This document shows positions 57,831 to 64,000 of a stretch of DNA of 64,000 bases, piece by piece. Position numbers and translations under genes: made by a program. This stretch comes from a phage. The notes under the pieces were generated by a model. It searched no databases. It had not been told where the DNA came from and worked only from the letters and a program-made list of their open reading frames with translations. The stretch lies in NCBI GenBank assembly GCA_021683455.1, contig GCA_021683455.1_3051.1; one strand, 5' to 3'. Each line of letters begins with the position of its first letter. Position 1 is the stretch's first letter.

Positions 57831-60008
57831 TTAGGCCGCAAGGGCCTTCATAGTTTTAGCGATTTGGGAAACTTCATCATCACTTAAAGAGTTGCGATAA
57901 CCGATGAAGTCAGAAACAATACGGAATTTCTTGGTAAACTCAGCAACCATTTTATCACTATTTTTTGAAGCATTACGTGATAATTCATCAAAGAGATTAG
58001 TTACTGTCCAGATATCATGACCGATGGTATCTTTTCCACCATTAAAATACACACCGCGTAATGAACTAACCATATTAGCGAGTCGTGTATATTCTTCAGA
58101 AACTTCATCTGTACTGAAGTATTTCATCATAAAATCTAGTTCAGGATACTTGATAATTTTATCAATATATCGTTGAGCTGAACTTGAATAACCTACATAC
58201 TTATCATAATCTACATCATCAAAAGCATCTACATATAAATCACGTAAAGCTTCAAAAATACATTGGCACTGACCAAGCTCTTTTACCTTTTTCTGCAAAA
58301 GCGGACGAATAACATAAAATTCATTAATGCCAATAAGATTAGCCATACGAATCAAAATATTCATAGATGGATGACAAAGAGATGTAGTACCATCCATAGA
58401 GAAAATATCAGAACGATGCATATACGCTACATAACCAGTAATTTCATCTGCTTCTGACGTAAGTGTAAATAGTTCCTCTTTTTCCCATCGCCCATCTTTA
58501 ATTTCAAATTTAAATGCTGTAGCAGCTTTAGGACGAGGAGCTTTACTTTTAACTACCTTTGGAATATAGCTTTTAACTAAAGCTTCAATTTCTGACAAAT
58601 AATGAATGTTAACTTCATCACTTTCAAACATTGCCATAATATCAGGTAGTAAATCAATCTGCGATTCTACTTCCGGATTAATAAACAGAAGACGCTCATT
58701 GTGATGAATATTTAAAGTGTTATTAAATTCACTATCATCTAACGCGTGTGCTAATCCACGGACAATATTAACACGATTTTTAATATTATCAATAACGATA
58801 TTAATTTTTGTTGTATTAATACCAAACAGACGATAACTTGATGCAACGGCTGAAGTTTCATGACTTTGCTTAATGCGTTTCAGTCGAGGGTCAAGATTTA
58901 CTTCATACACCACGCCTGCATTACATAACTTACTGTCAGGTTCAAACATGCTCTGCATTTTCTTATATGACAGATTTTTAGTCGTGAATTTGACTGAATT
59001 ACTAATCATATAATCTCGAGCAGAATACCCCATCTTCATCAATTCACGATATGTATGACGAGGAGATGTAGATTCTTTAAATCGTTTTACATCTTCATTA
59101 AATGCTTTCTCACTGAGTTCTTTAACTCGTTCAATAATATTTTTACGAGTGCGATCATCTAATGAAAGAGCTTCGCGTGATGGAGCAATATCCAGCGAAC
59201 CCATTGGAAACTTAATGTAATTCACTTCATTGCGAATGCTTAGCCAGTTACGCTCTCTAATAACGCCATCGATAGGATATACAATACCGCCATAGATAGC
59301 ATATAATCCACCACGATCTGGCCAGTATCTTTCTGGATTTACACCGTAATAGTCATCAAAATCCGGAAAATAATCAATTTCGCGGTCAAGACCATTAATG
59401 ATAGCCAAATCTTTGAACGGTCGCATGATATAAGAAACTTCATAAGCAAAGTTTCTAAAGTCTTTTTCTTCAACTGGAACTACGATTTCAATACCGGTTT
59501 TATCATCTGGACCCATTTCTTTTACGAATGTAGGTTTAATCTGTGGGCCATCACCATCCATGTAAGCTACATAACCACGAATTTCACCTTTATGATACGA
59601 AGTAATACTAAACGTATCAGTATAACTAAACGGAGATTTAGAACCTAAACCAAATCCGCCAATGAAATCGTTAGATTCAGCCTTAGATGAACTGAAGTAT
59701 GAATTATACAAACCAGGAGAATTATCATCACCCTGAATATCAAAATCACTCATACCCGGACCAAAATCTCGGCAAACAAATCGTGGATCTAAACGTCCAG
59801 GAACTTGAATGATAAATTTTTCAGGATTTCCATTGAGAGCATGGGCATCAATCATGTTGGTAATCAATTCACGAACAACTGCGCGAATTTTGTTTGTATA
59901 CAAATCAGATGACAGAATTTTAAATACTTTAGGAGATGCTGTGATGCTAAATGCTTTTGATTTAGAACCATTACCAAGAATTGTTTCTTTTTCAGTGGTG
60001 ATAATCAT
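57831..60008 (-). CDS. rIIA: rIIA protein
   Basis: 725-aa [31 protein letters not shown]..; T4 rIIA. Confidence 0.95.
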   Translation of the reverse strand: MIITTEKETILGNGSKSKAFSITASPKVFKILSSDLYTNKIRAVVRELITNMIDAHALNGNPEKFIIQVPGRLDPRFVCRDFGPGMSDFDIQGDDNSPGLYNSYFSSSKAESNDFIGGFGLGSKSPFSYTDTFSITSYHKGEIRGYVAYMDGDGPQIKPTFVKEMGPDDKTGIEIVVPVEEKDFRNFAYEVSYIMRPFKDLAIINGLDREIDYFPDFDDYYGVNPERYWPDRGGLYAIYGGIVYPIDGVIRERNWLSIRNEVNYIKFPMGSLDIAPSREALSLDDRTRKNIIERVKELSEKAFNEDVKRFKESTSPRHTYRELMKMGYSARDYMISNSVKFTTKNLSYKKMQSMFEPDSKLCNAGVVYEVNLDPRLKRIKQSHETSAVASSYRLFGINTTKINIVIDNIKNRVNIVRGLAHALDDSEFNNTLNIHHNERLLFINPEVESQIDLLPDIMAMFESDEVNIHYLSEIEALVKSYIPKVVKSKAPRPKAATAFKFEIKDGRWEKEELFTLTSEADEITGYVAYMHRSDIFSMDGTTSLCHPSMNILIRMANLIGINEFYVIRPLLQKKVKELGQCQCIFEALRDLYVDAFDDVDYDKYVGYSSSAQRYIDKIIKYPELDFMMKYFSTDEVSEEYTRLANMVSSLRGVYFNGGKDTIGHDIWTVTNLFDELSRNASKNSDKMVAEFTKKFRIVSDFIGYRNSLSDDEVSQIAKTMKALAA
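57833..57847. terminator. Stem-loop AGGCC-GCAAG-GGCCU at the rIIA/rIIB junction
   Basis: 5-bp stem at the rIIA stop. Confidence 0.4.
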
Positions 60009-60018
60009 AATTTCCTCA

Positions 60019-60222
60019 TTAATTCATATTACGCTTAATAACTTCAGCAACTTCTAGTAGTTCATCTTTAGTTGCAGTGTCGGATTGAATTTTATCTCTA
60101 ATATCTTTAAAGCGGTTTTTAAATTCTTCGGCTTCTCCCATATCGAAAAAGCGTTGAATGATTCTATATTCTCGATGAACTGCTTTATCAAAAAGTTCTA
60201 AATTTACTCTATATGATTTCAT
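60019..60222 (-). CDS. rIIA.1: rIIA.1 small protein
   Basis: 67-aa ORF immediately upstream of rIIA. Confidence 0.7.
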   Translation of the reverse strand: MKSYRVNLELFDKAVHREYRIIQRFFDMGEAEEFKNRFKDIRDKIQSDTATKDELLEVAEVIKRNMN

Positions 60223-60247
60223 TTCAATATCCTCATTTGCCCAATTA

Positions 60248-60277
60248 ATTATACCACATCCTTGTGGTAAAGTAAAC
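60248..60277 (-). promoter_or_regulatory. Early promoter (GTTTAC-N18-TATAAT) for rIIA.1-rIIA
   Basis: Same architecture with consensus -10. Confidence 0.6.
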
Positions 60278-62097
60278 TACTGGCTCATCCATTCTTTACG
60301 AAGGTCAGCATTATCTCCCATGAGCATTTCAAAAAGCTCTTTCCAGTTCTCAGGAAGTTTAACAACATCATATACTGGATTTTGAATCATCTCACGATAT
60401 TCAGATTTTTCCAAAGAGCCAAGTCCCTTAATATAACGGATGCTATGTTTAGGTAGAGCATCTTTAGCACTCTCATATTCAGCGACTGTATAAAACCATT
60501 CTTGTTTTTTACCGACCTGAGCGATGATTACAGGAGTTTTGACAAAGCGAATTCGTCCTTGCTCAAACAATTCTGGCCAATTACTAAAAAATCCGAGCAG
60601 AGAAGGATAAATGCTTCCTAGACCATCATGGTCAGCATCAGTCATAATAGCAATATTATGATAATTCAAGTTTTCAGCTTTTTCACCTAGAACTAAACCC
60701 GTGATTGCGCAAATATCAAACAGTTCTTTGTTTTTAAGCATATCAGCATATGACATACCCCAACTGTTGAGAACTTTACCACGCAATGGATAACCACCAT
60801 GAAGTTCTTTATCACGAACATCAATAAGATATCCGATAGCAGAATCACCCTCAGTCAAGAAAAGAGTAGTATCAGCATCTTTACCGCAAAGATTCGCTTT
60901 GATATGTTTATGAACTTTAGCTTTAGAAGCCTTTTTAGCTGCTTTAGTTTCAGCTGCTTTTTCTGCCGCCAATTTACGAGCCAACGCAGCTTCAATAATC
61001 GGCATTAGAATTGCTTCATTATTTAGAATAGCGCGTGAAATCTTTTTAGCATCAAGCTGAATATGACTACGAATTTCGCCAAATGGAGAAGTCAAACGCT
61101 CTTTAGTTTGAGAATCAAATCGCATGTTTTTCATATCACGAACAAACATAACGATAGTCAAACATTCTTTGACACGTGCTTTAGTTACATCAATTTTGAA
61201 CTTACGTTTGATTTGTGGAATAAGGTCTTCACAAATATCATCCATAACACAGTCAATGTGATGGCCACCATTCTTAGTGTGAATGTTATTCACATAAGTT
61301 AATTGACGAAAACCATCAGGTGAACGACCAACCGCAATAGAACAATTTTCTTGTTCTTGAACAATAGCATGTTCATCATACTGCCGTGCATATTTCTTAA
61401 AATTGCCCTGAACCTTTTTACCATTAAAAGTAAATTGAATATCAGGATAAACAACAGCAAGTGTCTGAAGACGATCTAGTGTAATGTCAAGATAAACTTG
61501 GGACAGCTCATTAGTTTCAAATGACATAAAATCAGGAATGAAAGTAACACGAGTTCCTTTCCATTTTCCAGGAATATCTTCCCATGATTTATTTTCCATG
61601 CCATTTGAACAACGAACTACAATATTATTTTGACCATCGCCAGTTTCACCGACAAACATCACAGAAAAAATGTTAGTTAAACTAGAACCAACACCATTCA
61701 TACCACCGGTGACACGTTCTTTATCATCACCAAAGTTACCACCTGCTTTTGGAATAGTCCACGCAGCAACAGGACCAGGAATTTCTTCACCAGTAGGTGT
61801 TTTAACCATCGCTTGTGGAATACCGCGACCGTTATCTTCAACTGTCACCTGATTATTTTTAATGGTAACATTAATTTTATTTGCGAACTTAAATTTAGTA
61901 CGAATACCTTCATCGACTGAGTTATCGATAATTTCATCAATAAGCTTAACAAGACCAGGTACATACTGAACACTTTCCCATTTACCAAACAGAAAGCGCT
62001 CATGCATTTCATTAGCAGAAGAGCCAATATACATGCCGCTACGTTTTTTGATATGTTCAATATCGCTCAGAATTTTAATTTCATTCTTAATCATCAC
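60277..62097 (-). CDS. 39: DNA topoisomerase II large (ATPase) subunit gp39, uninterrupted
   Basis: 606-aa single ORF with GHKL ATPase N-terminus and Toprim region; no split into 39 plus 60. Confidence 0.9.
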   Translation of the reverse strand: MMIKNEIKILSDIEHIKKRSGMYIGSSANEMHERFLFGKWESVQYVPGLVKLIDEIIDNSVDEGIRTKFKFANKINVTIKNNQVTVEDNGRGIPQAMVKTPTGEEIPGPVAAWTIPKAGGNFGDDKERVTGGMNGVGSSLTNIFSVMFVGETGDGQNNIVVRCSNGMENKSWEDIPGKWKGTRVTFIPDFMSFETNELSQVYLDITLDRLQTLAVVYPDIQFTFNGKKVQGNFKKYARQYDEHAIVQEQENCSIAVGRSPDGFRQLTYVNNIHTKNGGHHIDCVMDDICEDLIPQIKRKFKIDVTKARVKECLTIVMFVRDMKNMRFDSQTKERLTSPFGEIRSHIQLDAKKISRAILNNEAILMPIIEAALARKLAAEKAAETKAAKKASKAKVHKHIKANLCGKDADTTLFLTEGDSAIGYLIDVRDKELHGGYPLRGKVLNSWGMSYADMLKNKELFDICAITGLVLGEKAENLNYHNIAIMTDADHDGLGSIYPSLLGFFSNWPELFEQGRIRFVKTPVIIAQVGKKQEWFYTVAEYESAKDALPKHSIRYIKGLGSLEKSEYREMIQNPVYDVVKLPENWKELFEMLMGDNADLRKEWMSQ

Positions 62098-62148
62098 TTA
62101 TCCTCGTTTGGTTTCGGGAATATTATACTCCGGCAATCATAAAGCTAA

Positions 62149-62162
62149 AGGCCCGAAGGCCT
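62149..62162. terminator. Terminator hairpin AGGCC-CGAA-GGCCU
   Basis: GC stem with tetraloop flanked by A-run and T-run. Confidence 0.55.
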
Positions 62163-62163
62163 T

Positions 62164-62433
62164 TTATTTAAAACGAATAGTTGAATCCTTAAAGAACAGC
62201 CCAGAACATACTGTTCCTTCTACTTTCTGCCCAGTAGGTCCAATAGCACGAAATCCAGTATGTTGGAAATCATTTTCAGAGCAACCGAACCAATTATATC
62301 CAGTGATTTCAATATTCGTAAAACCACTCGATGATAAAATTTTAGTTGCATTATCAGCATCAGTACATCCTACTAAAGATACTGCTAATACTAATGCTGC
62401 AATAGAACGATTAATATATTTCATAGTTTTCAC
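62164..62433 (-). CDS. Predicted lipoprotein (89 aa)
   Basis: Signal peptide plus lipobox MKYINRSIAALVLAVSLVGC. Confidence 0.6.
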   Translation of the reverse strand: MKTMKYINRSIAALVLAVSLVGCTDADNATKILSSSGFTNIEITGYNWFGCSENDFQHTGFRAIGPTGQKVEGTVCSGLFFKDSTIRFK

Positions 62434-62804
62434 TTAAATTTAATGGCTTGAAGGAGACTAATAATTCTCAAACGGCTTCTTTCATCTTTAACTGTAAAAG
62501 AAAGAGGGTCGCCAGATTTCATAGTGATAGTGCATTCAAAATCAAAATCTTCAGGAACTTCTTCGAAGAAGTCAAATTCTTCATCATAAATTAGAACTTC
62601 ACTCCGCAGACTGTGAAGAATTTTTCCAGCATTTCTGCTAGTTGCTGTACTAATCATTGTAACATTATGACCTTTCATATCTTCAACGATAAATTCGCTT
62701 GTAGATATTACGGCATTAATAGAACCATTCCTATTACTAGCAGAAAGTAGATATTTCTTTTCTTCACCTTCGCGAACACGATATTTCTTACCGATTTTAA
62801 ACAT
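62430..62804 (-). CDS. Hypothetical protein (about 124 aa)
   Basis: Track start 62810 appears to be GTG; first ATG at 62804. Confidence 0.55.
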   Translation of the reverse strand: MFKIGKKYRVREGEEKKYLLSASNRNGSINAVISTSEFIVEDMKGHNVTMISTATSRNAGKILHSLRSEVLIYDEEFDFFEEVPEDFDFECTITMKSGDPLSFTVKDERSRLRIISLLQAIKFK

Positions 62805-62806
62805 AA

Positions 62807-62983
62807 TCACCCTTTAAGTAAATCGTAAAAACCGCCATTCACATGCTTAGGAGCAGAAGGCCGACGAGTAGACAAACGATGACATTTAGGACAAACATCA
62901 TTTTCTCGTTCAGAAATCTTTTTAATTTTTTCATATTCATGCCCGCAATCTTTAGATTGGCATTTATAATCATACATTGGCAT
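62807..62983 (-). CDS. Small zinc-ribbon protein (58 aa)
   Basis: Hand-translated MPMYDYKCQSKDCGHEYEKIKKISERENDVCPKCHR.. with two CxxC pairs; start is 2 nt downstream of the upstream gene stop. Confidence 0.5.
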   Translation of the reverse strand: MPMYDYKCQSKDCGHEYEKIKKISERENDVCPKCHRLSTRRPSAPKHVNGGFYDLLKG

Positions 62984-62985
62984 AA

Positions 62986-63429
62986 TTATTCCTTAAAGTG
63001 TGCTTTCAACATCTGATACAAGGACCATGCCTGTTCATTATTTTCAATAGTAACTTTCATGACCGGGAATTCTGTGAAATCTTCTATTTGTTCTTGCTCT
63101 TTCTCTTCCTGCTCTTGCTCTTCAGCTGCCTGGTATGGATTTTCCACTTCATCAAAGAACACAGCTTCACTCGTTGAAAGCCAGATAAAATCTTCATCCA
63201 AAATATCTTTACCAGAAGATAACGCCAATTTTCCACTAGATGTCACAAGTTTAGTAGGACGACCAAGATAGTCAATATCTGTAACTCTAAAAGGTTCCAT
63301 ACCAAGACGTCGTGCATAAATTCCGTTTTCAGTATGGTCCTTGATAAAATCTTCTTGAGCTTGTTTATTTTTAAATTGATACCATTTATTAACTTCAAAT
63401 TTAATAGCCATTAATAAGTTTCCTTCCAA
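62986..63429 (-). CDS. Hypothetical acidic protein (147 aa)
   Basis: Collinear ORF with Glu/Gln-rich stretch. Confidence 0.55.
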   Translation of the reverse strand: MEGNLLMAIKFEVNKWYQFKNKQAQEDFIKDHTENGIYARRLGMEPFRVTDIDYLGRPTKLVTSSGKLALSSGKDILDEDFIWLSTSEAVFFDEVENPYQAAEEQEQEEKEQEQIEDFTEFPVMKVTIENNEQAWSLYQMLKAHFKE

Positions 63430-63626
63430 TAAGTTGTACCATCTTCAGTAATTTCGCGAAACACACCATAAATTGGTTGTTTATCACCAACTTTTTCGTA
63501 CACATAAACCGAAGTCAAGTGAGTAAACTTAACGGTATGTTCCTTTTGAACTACTACCAAATCTGGATCAAATAATACATCTTCAAATTCGTCATTAGTG
63601 CAATTCTGAACAATTTTACGTTTCAT
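63411..63626 (-). CDS. Hypothetical protein (71 aa)
   Basis: Collinear ORF. Confidence 0.5.
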   Translation of the reverse strand: MKRKIVQNCTNDEFEDVLFDPDLVVVQKEHTVKFTHLTSVYVYEKVGDKQPIYGVFREITEDGTTYWKETY

Positions 63627-63639
63627 TACAATTTCCTCA

Positions 63640-63921
63640 TTAATTGAACAGTGGAGCGATGCGTTTCAGAAGAGTAGCAGCACCTTTAGCGAATTTTACA
63701 TCATGAAAAACAGTTTCTTCTTCCGTTACAACACGAGCTTTAATGTTTTCACAATCCCAATTTTTGCGAACAATCTTCAAAAGCTGCAGTAAATCTTTAC
63801 ATTCAGCAATATCGATAACACATCCACGAGAATCTTCCATTATCGCACGATAACCGTAAGCCATACCATAATCGTTGAAAGATTGCTCGATGATAATTAA
63901 GTTTTCCATTTTATTCTCCAA
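63640..63921 (-). CDS. Hypothetical protein (93 aa)
   Basis: Collinear ORF with SD GGAGAA; partial early-promoter-like module upstream at the window edge. Confidence 0.55.
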   Translation of the reverse strand: MENKMENLIIIEQSFNDYGMAYGYRAIMEDSRGCVIDIAECKDLLQLLKIVRKNWDCENIKARVVTEEETVFHDVKFAKGAATLLKRIAPLFN

Positions 63922-64000
63922 GTTATTTTCTGTATCAGTAGTTGATATTGATATAGTACCATAATCAACTACTGATGTATATAGTTTTATGAAAAAATTT

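Overview
This window is a contiguous segment of a T4-like (T-even, Tequatrovirus-type) myovirus genome, collinear with the T4 map from uvsW through the baseplate hub/wedge genes (25, 26, 51, 27, 28, 29, 48, 54), alt, DNA ligase (30), the 30.x block, rIII, 31, cd, pseT with the spanin pair, alc, rnlA, denA, nrdB, nrdA, td, frd, 32, 59, 33, dsbA, rnh, the long-tail-fiber operon (34-38), holin t, asiA, arn, motA, 52, ac, stp, ndd, denB, rIIB, rIIA and 39. Protein identifications rest on recognising the translated ORFs and their lengths from memory of T4; no database search was run. It is not T4 itself: gp37 carries a C-terminal chaperone-like domain and gp38 is a glycine-rich adhesin (T2-type), gene 39 is one uninterrupted ORF, td and nrdB are intronless, and no mobE sits between nrdA and nrdB. 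I found no convincing undescribed multi-gene system. The most notable observations are a frameshifted denA, an HNH homing endonuclease inserted between uvsW and uvsW.1, two tandem Alt-family ADP-ribosyltransferase genes, a NADAR-like/HAD-like pair next to ligase, and a repeated early-promoter/leader/stem-loop cassette family. No tRNA, rRNA or CRISPR array was seen. The ORF track uses TTG/GTG starts in places, and several ORF N-termini are artefacts that I corrected. Hand-derived coordinates for small ORFs and motifs may be off by a base or two.
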